A stretch of 26,333 nt of DNA from an uncultured Candidatus Bathyarchaeia archaeon (GCA_964484575.1 CAZAGP010000279.1:1-26333), one strand, 5' to 3'; counted from the first letter of the stretch, positions 15,954-25,001 are shown. Translations and numbers: made by a program. The notes: generated by a model from the letters alone, not told the origin.

Positions 15954-17173
15954 TCCTTACCAACAAACGAGGGCATCGAGAGAACAGCAGCTGAAAGAAG
16001 AGTAATAAAGAGCCTGGGATCCCGTGCAAGAGATAACAAGATCTTCCCCTGAAAATCGATGTCCGCTGCTCTTCCCAAGATTTCATCGTTTCTTAACTCC
16101 TTCGCCATAGTGAAGATTCTACTAAGCTGCCTATCTGGCATCCCATACATGAGGCGCCTTAGCAAACTCATCGCTTTCAAATCGAAACCAAATAGACGCC
16201 TCCAAGAATCTTCATAACTCTTCAGGAATGAGGACGACATATCATCACGCAGTATAGCGTTGGCTGCGGTTTGTCCCGCAAGTTTTCCGCAGGCCAGCCC
16301 AAATACTATACCTCCGCCCGTTGTTGGCTTGACTTGAGAAGCAGCGTCACCAACTGCTAAAACAGCGTCCGAGTAGGTCTGGCCAACCGCACCATTCACT
16401 GGAATAGGATGAAAGCTAGGTCTCGTAACATACTTTGCGTTTCTAAGTTTTGACGACACTATTGGATGCTTCTTCAGAAACCTTTCAAGGCATAGTTGTA
16501 CATTGGACCCAACAGCAGCCCCCAAACCAACCTTCGCAGAACCATCCTTTCGAGGAATAATCCAACCAAAAAATCCTGGGGCAAATTCTTGGCCAAAATA
16601 CAATTCGACAAGATCTGTATCAATATCTGTGACATGTTCGACGTGAATTTGGGCTGAGTTAACGAATTTCCGAACGTCATGTTGAAAGGCACCGACTTGC
16701 CTCGAAACCGGGGCTCCACACCCTCCCGCATCGATCACCATCTTGCAAGAAATTTCACTACGAGAAGTCTTTAGTTTGATCAAATTACCAGATCGCTTGA
16801 TAGTGTCTACTCTGGAATCTAGACGGAGGACTACTCCCTTCTGCACCGCAAGAGAAGCGAGATACTTGTCGAACTTTGCTCTGTTAATCACCCAGGTAAT
16901 TGGAGTTGGCCGACGTAGGACTAAACGTTCCCCATTTGGGGAACTTATTATTGCACCTTTAATCTCATTTTCCACAAAATCCTTAGAAAACTGAGGACTA
17001 TATCGCTTGAAAAATTCTATTCCGACATGACCTGAACAGTGAGATGGAAAACCAATCTCTGAATGCTCTTCGAAGACCGCGACGGAAACTCCCCTTTCTG
17101 CGGCCGCAATTGCTGATGACGCACCGCTGACGCCACAACCTACAATGGCTAGGTCGACTAATTGTGTTAACAA
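15950..17173 (-). CDS. Geranylgeranyl reductase family FAD-dependent oxidoreductase (digeranylgeranylglycerophospholipid reductase-like)
   Basis: IVGCGVSG (GxGxxG), INRAKFD..L, APGFFGWIIP (PxxxxWxxP), VGDAA.QVKPTTGGGI. Confidence 0.8.
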   Translation of the reverse strand: MLTQLVDLAIVGCGVSGASSAIAAAERGVSVAVFEEHSEIGFPSHCSGHVGIEFFKRYSPQFSKDFVENEIKGAIISSPNGERLVLRRPTPITWVINRAKFDKYLASLAVQKGVVLRLDSRVDTIKRSGNLIKLKTSRSEISCKMVIDAGGCGAPVSRQVGAFQHDVRKFVNSAQIHVEHVTDIDTDLVELYFGQEFAPGFFGWIIPRKDGSAKVGLGAAVGSNVQLCLERFLKKHPIVSSKLRNAKYVTRPSFHPIPVNGAVGQTYSDAVLAVGDAASQVKPTTGGGIVFGLACGKLAGQTAANAILRDDMSSSFLKSYEDSWRRLFGFDLKAMSLLRRLMYGMPDRQLSRIFTMAKELRNDEILGRAADIDFQGKILLSLARDPRLFITLLSAAVLSMPSFVGKD

Positions 17174-17176
17174 GTA

Positions 17177-17428
17177 TCAATCTTGCTTTCGACGTTCTGG
17201 TTGATCTGCGAGCTCTACGCGTCTCTTACCTTTCATCTGCCTTGAGACTCGAATTGCCCCGTTAACTTCCAATTTCATAAGTATCTCATTCAATTCGCGG
17301 AAACTCAGGTCCTCTTTCCCGTTTTTCACTTCTTTTAGCAATTCGTCATCGGTCAACGGACCCTTTCGTCCGATTAGATCGAGCACAGTGAGTTGAAGTG
17401 GTCGCGGTCCCCAAACTTTCGTTGCCAA
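17177..17428 (-). CDS. Small winged-helix-like protein (83 aa) between cdc48 and the GGR gene
   Basis: VLDLIGRKGPLTDDELLKE...ELNEILMKLEVNGAIRV is wHTH-like; 14 nt from the cdc48 stop and 3 nt from the GGR start. Confidence 0.7.
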   Translation of the reverse strand: MATKVWGPRPLQLTVLDLIGRKGPLTDDELLKEVKNGKEDLSFRELNEILMKLEVNGAIRVSRQMKGKRRVELADQPERRKQD

Positions 17429-17442
17429 AGCGTAACCGCTAC

Positions 17443-19623
17443 CTATGCTACTGGAGTGGGTGCTGCAGCTCGTTCTCGCCTAAGCCTCTTGGAGAACTTC
17501 TGATACCATGCGTCATCTTCGGGAGTAATACTAGGCCCTACGCGTTCCATTGCTTCGTCGAAATCACGACGTGAAACCTCTGCGGCATTGACATCCTCCC
17601 GCAATGCATTCATGGCTGCTTCTCTACAAATCGCTTCAATATCTGCTCCTGAATATCCCTGCACTTTTCGCGCCAGCTCATCCACAGTTACATCTCGCGA
17701 GAGAGGCATCGAAGCTGCATGAATCTTGAAGATCTCCTTGAGGGAATCGACGTCCGGTGAAGGCACATAGATCAGCCTGTCGAATCTTCCTGGACGCATC
17801 ACGGCAGGATCTAGGATGTCGGGTCGATTTGTCGCCGCGATTACAAGAACGTTCTGCAATGTCTCTATGCCATCAATCTCGGTCAAGAGTTGGCTGATAA
17901 CACGTTCACTTGCTCCAGAATCTGCATATCCTAAACCACGTTTTGGCACGATCGCATCAAGTTCGTCAAAGAAGATTATTGAGGGGGCGGCCGTCCTTCC
18001 TTTTCGGAATACTTCTCGAATAGCCTTTTCTGACTCACCAACCCATTTGGAAAATATTTCAGGTCCTTTGATTGATATGAAATTAGCTTCGCTTTCCGTG
18101 GCGACGGCGCGCGCTAAAAGTGTCTTGCCGCATCCTGGCGGTCCATACAGGAGGATCCCACGTGGAGGCTTTATCCCCATTCTCTTGAACACTTCAGGTT
18201 TCTTCAGCGGCCATTCCACAGATTCCATAAGTTCCTGCTTTACTCGTTTCAGCCCGCCCACTTGCGTCCATTGTACTTGCGGCACTTCGACGTAGACTTC
18301 GCGCATTGCTGTGGGAGTAATCTCTCGGTATGCCGACATGAAATCGTCCATGATTACCACCATCTTTTCCAAGATTTCGGGCGGAATCCGCTCCTCTTCT
18401 AAGTTTATTTCAGGTATGTAGCGTCTGAGTGCTTTCATTGCCGCCTCCCTACATAATGACGCAATATCGGCTCCAGTGTATCCGTGTGTCACATCAGATA
18501 GACGTTTAAGATCAACGTCCTCGCCGAGTGGCATGTTTCGCGTGTGAATTTGCAGTACTTCAAACCTTCCGGCCTTGTCTGGAACACCAATCTCTATCTC
18601 TCGATCAAATCTTCCTGGGCGTCGCAAAGCTGGGTCAATCGCGTTAGGACGGTTTGTTGCTCCAATCACGATGATATTGCCGCGCGAGCCCATTCCGTCC
18701 ATTAAAGATAGTAGTTGCGCGACTACTCGTCTTTCTACTTCTCCCGTCACCTCTTCTCGTTTCGGCGCGATGGCATCCATCTCATCGATGAAGATTATGC
18801 TGGGTGATGTTTCCTGTGCCTTCTGGAATATCTCGCGCAATCTCGCCTCAGACTCTCCGTAGAACTTGGACATAATCTCAGGTCCAGAAATTACATAGAA
18901 ATTAGCGTCAGACTCGTTCGCGACAGCTTTAGCTAATAGCGTCTTTCCGCACCCGGGCGGGCCGTAAAGGAATACTCCTCTAGGCGGTTCTATGCCTAAT
19001 CGTTGGAAGAGTTCAGGGTGTCGGAGTGGAAGTTCGACCATTTCCCGAATTCGCTGAATTTCCTCATGTAAACCACCTATGTCTTCGTAAGTCACTATCG
19101 GGATGCCCTTTTTCTCGGGCGTCGGTTCGCTAAGTACTTGGACGTGTGCTGCCTCTGTAATCTTAACTGCGCCGTGAGGTCGAGTTCTAGTTACAATAAG
19201 CGGCACAGCGCTTCCGAAGATGGAGAGGAGAGTCATGTCTCCTTCGATGAATGGCATGTCCATGAACCGTCGTTTGACGAAACTCACGAACTCCTCATCA
19301 ACACTTAATCGTACGTCAGTGGGGGCGAAGACGATAGCTTGAGCGTCCTTGACATCTGCCTTCCTTACGCTGACATATTCATTTAGGGCTACACCAGCAT
19401 TTCTGCGAATGAGGCCATCCATTCTGACAATTTCCTGCCCTTGATCCTCTGCATAAGCTGGCCAGGCTACGGCGACGGTCATTTTCTTTCCGTGAATTTC
19501 GACAAAATCTCCGGCAGTACTTCCAAGCTTTTGCATAGTATCGTTGTCGATACGAACCTTACCGTGACCAACATCTCTTTGTCTGGCGTCAGCAACTCGT
19601 AAAGATATTTCTTTGCTACTCAT
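17443..19623 (-). CDS. cdc48: CDC48/VAT-family AAA+ ATPase
   Basis: N-domain RVADA.QRDVG; two AAA modules with GPPGCGKT Walker A, IFIDE/IFFDE Walker B and RPGRFDR arginine fingers. Confidence 0.97.
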   Translation of the reverse strand: MSSKEISLRVADARQRDVGHGKVRIDNDTMQKLGSTAGDFVEIHGKKMTVAVAWPAYAEDQGQEIVRMDGLIRRNAGVALNEYVSVRKADVKDAQAIVFAPTDVRLSVDEEFVSFVKRRFMDMPFIEGDMTLLSIFGSAVPLIVTRTRPHGAVKITEAAHVQVLSEPTPEKKGIPIVTYEDIGGLHEEIQRIREMVELPLRHPELFQRLGIEPPRGVFLYGPPGCGKTLLAKAVANESDANFYVISGPEIMSKFYGESEARLREIFQKAQETSPSIIFIDEMDAIAPKREEVTGEVERRVVAQLLSLMDGMGSRGNIIVIGATNRPNAIDPALRRPGRFDREIEIGVPDKAGRFEVLQIHTRNMPLGEDVDLKRLSDVTHGYTGADIASLCREAAMKALRRYIPEINLEEERIPPEILEKMVVIMDDFMSAYREITPTAMREVYVEVPQVQWTQVGGLKRVKQELMESVEWPLKKPEVFKRMGIKPPRGILLYGPPGCGKTLLARAVATESEANFISIKGPEIFSKWVGESEKAIREVFRKGRTAAPSIIFFDELDAIVPKRGLGYADSGASERVISQLLTEIDGIETLQNVLVIAATNRPDILDPAVMRPGRFDRLIYVPSPDVDSLKEIFKIHAASMPLSRDVTVDELARKVQGYSGADIEAICREAAMNALREDVNAAEVSRRDFDEAMERVGPSITPEDDAWYQKFSKRLRRERAAAPTPVA

Positions 19624-19824
19624 TTCTAATCATTCTGAACGTAGTATTCGCGTTGAAGAAACTTGGATGGTGAGACTAAAATTGCTTTTGCACTAGTTTT
19701 CAACTGCTACAATATCAAGTCCTGTAACCAAACATACGAGCTTGATGCTTCATCACAAAGAGATGGAATATTACCGTAGATTGGCGCTATTCATATGTTA
19801 AAATGTTACTAAGAGTAACGGAAA

Positions 19825-20094
19825 TTAGACTCTTCCCATTCTTAGGACCTGAATTTCACTTACGGTGTCGATGGAGCGAATTGCTTCCTCAACTTGGTCC
19901 ATGTGTCCAGCAGCATCTTCAGGAAGAACTACGTGCGCGATAAGAGCAACTAGACCGAAGGCAACTGGCTCTTCGTCGAACCTTTGCACAATGGAACCGG
20001 TGGGCAGAGAATCCTTCACTCTTGACTTCAGCGGATTAAGATCGACATTTGCTTCTTTGGGGAAGATCTTGATTGAAGCGAGAACTTTCGCCAA
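19825..20094 (-). CDS. ef1b: Translation elongation factor 1-beta
   Basis: KIFP...VDL, EEPVAFGLVAL, DQVEEAI.SI..VS.IQV; follows the conserved Zn-ribbon gene. Confidence 0.93.
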   Translation of the reverse strand: MAKVLASIKIFPKEANVDLNPLKSRVKDSLPTGSIVQRFDEEPVAFGLVALIAHVVLPEDAAGHMDQVEEAIRSIDTVSEIQVLRMGRV

Positions 20095-20112
20095 GTGCTT
20101 ATAACCGCTATT

Positions 20113-20313
20113 TCATGGACCTGTATATCCACACTTCACACAGCGGTACGGCCTACCGAACATTCTACATTTCTCGCATCGCCAGACTGTCACTTCGCCG
20201 CAGCTGGGACACGGAAATTTCACTGCACCCTCGCCTGGCAGAATTGTGCGGGAACACCAGGAGCAGGTTGGCATCCGTATGACTTTTTCATTCACTGTGG
20301 ATGTTGCACTCAT
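20113..20313 (-). CDS. Zinc-ribbon protein, DUF1610 / HVO_2753-like
   Basis: CSWC, CPSCG, RCEKCR, YRCVKCGYTGP; conserved position upstream of ef1b in archaea. ATG 20313 preferred. Confidence 0.88.
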   Translation of the reverse strand: MSATSTVNEKVIRMPTCSWCSRTILPGEGAVKFPCPSCGEVTVWRCEKCRMFGRPYRCVKCGYTGP

Positions 20314-20454
20314 GACTAACCCTTCGAAGGCAGACACGCATTGCGTGAACGTTATAAACTGATTGCTAAAAGACTGAATTTATCTAACAATAACCGGCAG
20401 ATTCAAACAGCGGACCACACAGGGCTGTGTCTTGTCACATGTGGGTTGAGCGTA

Positions 20455-20910
20455 TTGGTCAACATCGACTCTGTCTGTGATCTTGGCGACTTCAGACGAT
20501 TTATGATCTTCAGCACGTGCCAATCATACATACCTGCCGAACTGGATGAAGATGAGACAGTCTATCCGGAGCGGTCGTCTGACAAGGGGACGATGTATGT
20601 TGAAGCGGAAGACAAGGCAACTGTTCATCAGATTCGAGAAATCCGATTCGCTAGGGTCTCAAACGTACTTGGCATTATATACAACTCGAAGAGTGGCAGA
20701 ACTCAGCTCAAGTGGCGTCATTTGAAAGGGAGGATGGGGCGCCTTAGCGGTGAAGCAAGCCCAAATACATTGGTCAACCTATTTGCCTCAAGAGCCCTTC
20801 CCGAATCTTATGCGATTAACGATCGTCGCAAAGAGCAGCAGGAACCGGAAGAAACTCCCGTAGAGCCGGCAGAAGACAATCAGATAGACGAGGCCTTTGC
20901 GGACACATGA
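20455..20910 (+). CDS. Conserved archaeal (TACK-type) hypothetical protein with acidic tail
   Basis: Long ORF with core YVEAEDK...VLGIIYNSKSGRTQLKWR...GEAS.N.LVNL, which from memory resembles TACK hypotheticals (unverified). Start uncertain (TTG 20455 or ATG 20503). Confidence 0.65.
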   Translation: MVNIDSVCDLGDFRRFMIFSTCQSYIPAELDEDETVYPERSSDKGTMYVEAEDKATVHQIREIRFARVSNVLGIIYNSKSGRTQLKWRHLKGRMGRLSGEASPNTLVNLFASRALPESYAINDRRKEQQEPEETPVEPAEDNQIDEAFADT

Positions 20911-21019
20911 TAACCAATCACAAGAAAAGCAGTCTCAAACCATCATGATTACAACGAATTGATACGTTATAGCTCAGAGAACTAAATTCAGTTCTCATCA
21001 CGAATACGAATAGAAAACA

Positions 21020-21154
21020 TTGCGCCTCGAACACGAAGTTAGGAAGAATATGCTGCTGGAACAGCACTACGTGCATGGAGATTGGAGGATCATTAAGATC
21101 TACGAACGAGGCAAGCTTCTTGAATTAGTAGTACGTCGGAGAACGCCCTGCTAG
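21020..21154 (+). CDS. Possible small protein (44 aa; 34 aa from ATG 21050)
   Basis: MRLEHEVRKNMLLEQHYVHGDWRIIKIYERGKLLELVVRRRTPC fills an otherwise empty 290-nt gap; no recognisable motif. Confidence 0.3.
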   Translation: MRLEHEVRKNMLLEQHYVHGDWRIIKIYERGKLLELVVRRRTPC

Positions 21155-21201
21155 CCACACACTTATACATTGTACGTAGACATTTCAATCGAGGGCTGAA
21201 T

Positions 21202-22236
21202 GTGGGTGTCGACTTAGCTGACGTAGTGACTCAACGACCAATTACCCTAGACAGTCTGGCTAACAAAACACTAGCTGTCGATGCCTACAATGCTCTTTAC
21301 CAATTTTTGGCCATAATACGACAACCCGATGGAACGCCGTTAAAGGACAGACAAGGAAGAGTGACAAGTCACTTGAGCGGATTATTGTACAGGACTGCAA
21401 ACTTATGCGAGAAGGGAATTAGGTTGTCGTTTGTTTTCGATGGTAAGCCTCCTGAACTGAAGGAATCAGAAATTCAGAAGAGACGGCAGATCAAACAGAC
21501 TGCTATAATTCATTATCACCGAGCACTTAGGGAAGGCAAACTTGAAGAAGCTAGAACTTATGCCCAGGCGACCTCGACGTTAAAGGACGCAATGATAGAT
21601 GACGCGAAAACGCTTCTTACTGCTATGGGTCAACCGTGGGTTCAAGCACCGTCTGAAGGTGAAGCTCAAGCCTCATACATGGCGTCTAGAGGTGACGTAT
21701 GGTCTGTTGCCTCTCAAGATCATGATTCACTACTATTTGGTGCCCCGCGCATGGTGAAGAACCTGACAATTACCGGTCGTAGAAAGCTTCCACGCAGAGA
21801 CGCTTACGTCGAGTTAGAGCCCGAACTAATCGAGTTGCCGCATGTACTCCAAGAGTTATCCATTACGCGTGAACAGCTAATTGACGTAGGCATCCTAATC
21901 GGCACAGACTTCAATGCTGGAGTAAAGGGAATAGGTCCAAAGACAGCTTTGAAACTTATCCGTGAGTATGGGCAACTTGAGAAAATTCTAGAGAATGACG
22001 ACTCCCTTGAAATTGATCCGAATTATATTCGCGCTCGTGAAATCTTCATTCACCCGAATGTGACATCTGAATATTCGTTGCAATGGTCGAAACCGGACGA
22101 AGATAAGATCATCTCTTTCCTTTGTCGCGAACGAGCCTTCTCGGAAGATAGGGTGAGAAAAGCGGTATCTAGGATGGCTAAGGTGTCAGACACTAAAATC
22201 AAAGCCGGGGACACATTAGAATCTTACTTTCTGTAA
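21202..22236 (+). CDS. fen: Flap endonuclease 1
   Basis: MGV start, AVDAYNALYQFLAIIRQPDG, FVFDG.PP..K, APSEGEAQA, SQD.DSLLFGAP, ILIGTDFN.GVKGIGPKTALKL. Confidence 0.96.
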   Translation: MGVDLADVVTQRPITLDSLANKTLAVDAYNALYQFLAIIRQPDGTPLKDRQGRVTSHLSGLLYRTANLCEKGIRLSFVFDGKPPELKESEIQKRRQIKQTAIIHYHRALREGKLEEARTYAQATSTLKDAMIDDAKTLLTAMGQPWVQAPSEGEAQASYMASRGDVWSVASQDHDSLLFGAPRMVKNLTITGRRKLPRRDAYVELEPELIELPHVLQELSITREQLIDVGILIGTDFNAGVKGIGPKTALKLIREYGQLEKILENDDSLEIDPNYIRAREIFIHPNVTSEYSLQWSKPDEDKIISFLCRERAFSEDRVRKAVSRMAKVSDTKIKAGDTLESYFL

Positions 22237-22240
22237 ACCT

Positions 22241-22924
22241 TCAAAGGCTCCATCCGCGTTTGCCCCTCATAGGCACGAAAGCGACTCCACCGAGACTTTC
22301 ACGGCTCACTGCTCCACTTTGACTTTTTCTCACGCGAATTAGTTCCTGGTAGAATTGAGCGTGTCCAACTGGGATAAGCAAGACACCCCCTGCACGCAGC
22401 TGGCTGATTAAGCGTTCTGGAATTTCAGGTGCTGCGCTCGTCGTGAGGATAACGTCGAACGACTCCACGTTATCCAGCCCCTCGGATGCATCACCTTCAA
22501 GGAAACTCACTCTATCAGCGTATCCTATTCGATCTACGTTCTCTTTTCCAATGTGGGCCAATTCAGGCACTATCTCCACAGCCCAAACATGTCCCCAGTC
22601 TATTGGAGAATGATCATTCGGAGCCACAACTTCAGCATATACACAGCTCATGTAACCGCATCCACCTCCCACTTCAAGTACGCGATGACCCAACTTCATC
22701 CCGCTGAACTCACATAATAATGCGGTCATATGCAGCGCGCTTGTTGTCTGTCCAAATCGTATCGGCAGCGGCGAATCAACATACGCATGATTTCGAACAT
22801 CTGAGGGAAGGAATTCCTCTCGAGGGACCTTCATCATGGCCGCAATCACGCTAGGAGTTCGCAATATGTTTTGGTCTACGAGATCATTAATTGCTTCACG
22901 TCGCCAAGACGAAAAATCTCTCAT
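22241..22924 (-). CDS. pcm: Protein-L-isoaspartate O-methyltransferase
   Basis: VPREEF, AY.DSPLPI..GQTTSA, VLEVGGGCGY (SAM motif I), QL..GG.LLIPVG, VAFVPM.G. Confidence 0.88.
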   Translation of the reverse strand: MRDFSSWRREAINDLVDQNILRTPSVIAAMMKVPREEFLPSDVRNHAYVDSPLPIRFGQTTSALHMTALLCEFSGMKLGHRVLEVGGGCGYMSCVYAEVVAPNDHSPIDWGHVWAVEIVPELAHIGKENVDRIGYADRVSFLEGDASEGLDNVESFDVILTTSAAPEIPERLISQLRAGGVLLIPVGHAQFYQELIRVRKSQSGAVSRESLGGVAFVPMRGKRGWSL

Positions 22925-22978
22925 CCTGTAGTTTTAATCGTTCTCATACCAATAAACGTTACACGATTCTGGTGCAAC

Positions 22979-23407
22979 ATGTTGAGATTCATCGAAGAGT
23001 TCGTTGCACGCGGTCACCCAAACATTATTGCCACTCACCCCACTACTTTAGAGATCACAAAAGATCTTTCACTAACCAAGACGGGTGACTGCATCATCGC
23101 GGTCGAAGCGTCAAAAGGGCTAATTGAATTATCAAGAGACTTCAGGAAGGCATGTGTGAATGATGAATCAAGAATTACCGTTGAGTTGAATGTGTCAGGT
23201 GTCGTAGAGCGAATCGCGGGAACAGGAAGTCATCTTCTAACTCTTACGGATGAAAGAGACCTCGTCGTTAGAAAATCAACTTACGTCTCGAATAGGACAT
23301 TAATGATCAATGCGGATAGGGCCGCCTCAGATCTTCCTAGGGAGTTTGTACAGGGCTTGAATTCACCCTCAAGTACTATTCACATTCGCTTGACTGTTTA
23401 CGTTTAG
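22979..23407 (+). CDS. DUF371 domain protein
   Basis: ARGHPNI.ATHPTTLEITKD..LT..GDCIIAV, V.RKS.Y..RTL.I.AD.AA.DL. ATG 22979 avoids overlap with pcm. Confidence 0.85.
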   Translation: MLRFIEEFVARGHPNIIATHPTTLEITKDLSLTKTGDCIIAVEASKGLIELSRDFRKACVNDESRITVELNVSGVVERIAGTGSHLLTLTDERDLVVRKSTYVSNRTLMINADRAASDLPREFVQGLNSPSSTIHIRLTVYV

Positions 23408-23412
23408 TTTAC

Positions 23413-24474
23413 TCACGCTATCCTTGCGTCAATAGCCACCTCGACACGGCTCGGTCCGACTTCTCTTATTACTCGCAGAAAGGGCAACGAGATCACCTTT
23501 CTCCCAACGCTCTCTATTCCAGATCGAAACAGGGCCGAGCACTGCTGTAACGCGTTCTCTCGCGAGACAAAATGATAGAAGTGCACTATCCCTCCATCCT
23601 TCCTGAGCAGTTTAGATGCGGCCCCGAGGAACGCTTGCGAGTCTGCGGGTAAGTTCATTACGACGCGATCGGCAATTCCAGGGGATTTCGCGGCAAAATT
23701 CTGCGCGTCATCCAGAACCGGGATGACCCTATCGGCAACCTCGTTCGCGAAGATGTTTTCTTTTAGATACTTGTACGCACTAGGATTCAAATCAACTGAA
23801 AACACCCGCGCGCCTTGTTGCTTCTTCGCAATGAGAATTGAATACGTACCCACGCCCGCAAACATGTCAACGACAACTTCACCATCCTTGACTTGGCTCG
23901 CCAGGCGCATACGTTCATGTGCCAACCTCGGATTAAAATAGACGGAGCTGACGTCAAGAGAAAACTTCGAAGAAAATTCTATGTGGACGGTTTCCGGACT
24001 TCCAGCACCTTGTATTACTTCAATTCCTGGAATCCGATACTGACCAGATATCTTCTCCGTCTTATTGACCACCAGTCGTAAATGCGGATTTAATCTCATA
24101 AGACCTTCAGCAATGATCTTGGAGAAAAGTTGCAGTTCATCGTCTAGCTGGAGAATCCCAATATCGCCTACGATGTCATAAGAACGCGGAAGCTGATTCA
24201 TCACATACAAGGGAAGAACTTCTCCTACAGCTTGACGGAGATCCCTTGGTCTCCTCGATGAGGCAGCAAATATAGCTTGAACTAGTTCTGCCTCGGAAAA
24301 GTTCGCTGACATATAATCGAATTCGGCCTTTGAGAGGTCTCGTTTGACAGGAATTACTAGAGAGTTGTCTCTTCTGATAAACTCACGAGTGCCGTCAAGG
24401 AGTTGCAGTTTAATCAAGAAGCGGATTGCGCGCTGGACATTTCCATATTGAACTGCAATTCCATATCCTTTCAT
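23413..24474 (-). CDS. trm5: tRNA (guanine37-N1)-methyltransferase, Trm5 / Met-10+ family
   Basis: SYDIVGDI, YFNPRL..ER, VVDMFAGVG.YSI, DLNP, DRVVMNLP, plus an N-terminal D1-like domain. Confidence 0.82.
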   Translation of the reverse strand: MKGYGIAVQYGNVQRAIRFLIKLQLLDGTREFIRRDNSLVIPVKRDLSKAEFDYMSANFSEAELVQAIFAASSRRPRDLRQAVGEVLPLYVMNQLPRSYDIVGDIGILQLDDELQLFSKIIAEGLMRLNPHLRLVVNKTEKISGQYRIPGIEVIQGAGSPETVHIEFSSKFSLDVSSVYFNPRLAHERMRLASQVKDGEVVVDMFAGVGTYSILIAKKQQGARVFSVDLNPSAYKYLKENIFANEVADRVIPVLDDAQNFAAKSPGIADRVVMNLPADSQAFLGAASKLLRKDGGIVHFYHFVSRENALQQCSALFRSGIESVGRKVISLPFLRVIREVGPSRVEVAIDARIA

Positions 24475-24553
24475 TATCCAATCCTCGCATCTTTTGCCTC
24501 ACGCAACTCTAAATACTTGAACAATGGACCATCATTCTTGAGAGGTCTCGATT

Positions 24554-24883
24554 TTGGTGCAATGGCGAAGGCGGGAGGAAGTAATAGGCAAAGATGTCAT
24601 CGATAGCGACGCCAACAGGATCGGAAGCGCTAAGGATCTTGCTTGGTCTGAGGATGGAGTATTTGCACTAGTTGTAGAAGGCGTAGACGAAGAGGAGTCA
24701 TTCCTACCGTTTGATAATGTTGAGAGGGTTGGTGACGTGATCTTTGTAAAAGCGAAGACATCACTCGTATCAATTCCGACAAGGCCCTGCCCTATGTGCA
24801 AGCATAGGAATCCTATGGAAGCTATGTTCTGTGCAAAGTGTGGACGCGCGCTCGAGGAAGATGAAAAATCGGTGAAGAAATGA
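24554..24883 (+). CDS. PRC-barrel domain protein with C-terminal zinc ribbon
   Basis: VIGKDVIDSDA.RIG.AKD...LPFDNVERVGDVIFV is PRC-like; CPMC-x9-CAKCG follows. Confidence 0.75.
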   Translation: MVQWRRREEVIGKDVIDSDANRIGSAKDLAWSEDGVFALVVEGVDEEESFLPFDNVERVGDVIFVKAKTSLVSIPTRPCPMCKHRNPMEAMFCAKCGRALEEDEKSVKK

Positions 24884-24945
24884 TACAGCTTGGTAAGCCG
24901 GTCACATTGTTGCAAAACAGTATGCTTCCTATCACGTAACAACGT

Positions 24946-25001
24946 AAAGTTGCGTCTAATATGCAAGTGCAACTTTCGTATATCCTGAAGCGCGTATAAT
25001 A
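24946..25001 (+). promoter_or_regulatory. Inverted repeat AAAGTTGC-N15-GCAACTTT followed by a TATA-like TATAATA
   Basis: Perfect 8-bp arms at 24946-24953 and 24969-24976; TATAATA at 24995-25001, about 30 nt before ATG 25030. Confidence 0.45.

Noticed and set aside
15950-17173. FixC / ETF-quinone oxidoreductase partner of EtfBA
   Set aside because: Convergent with etfA, no ferredoxin-like FixX nearby, and motifs (PxxxxWxxP, KPTTGGGI) fit geranylgeranyl reductases.
19805-19819. Small hairpin GTTACT-AAG-AGTAAC just after the ef1b stop
   Set aside because: Only 6 bp and AT-rich; not distinguishable from chance.
24532-24972. 146-aa minus-strand ORF and other antisense or alternate-frame ORFs in the track (for example 282-608, 2351-2746, 10751-11233, 15023-15484, 17816-18295)
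   Set aside because: They overlap well-supported genes and show no recognisable motifs; treated as shadow ORFs.
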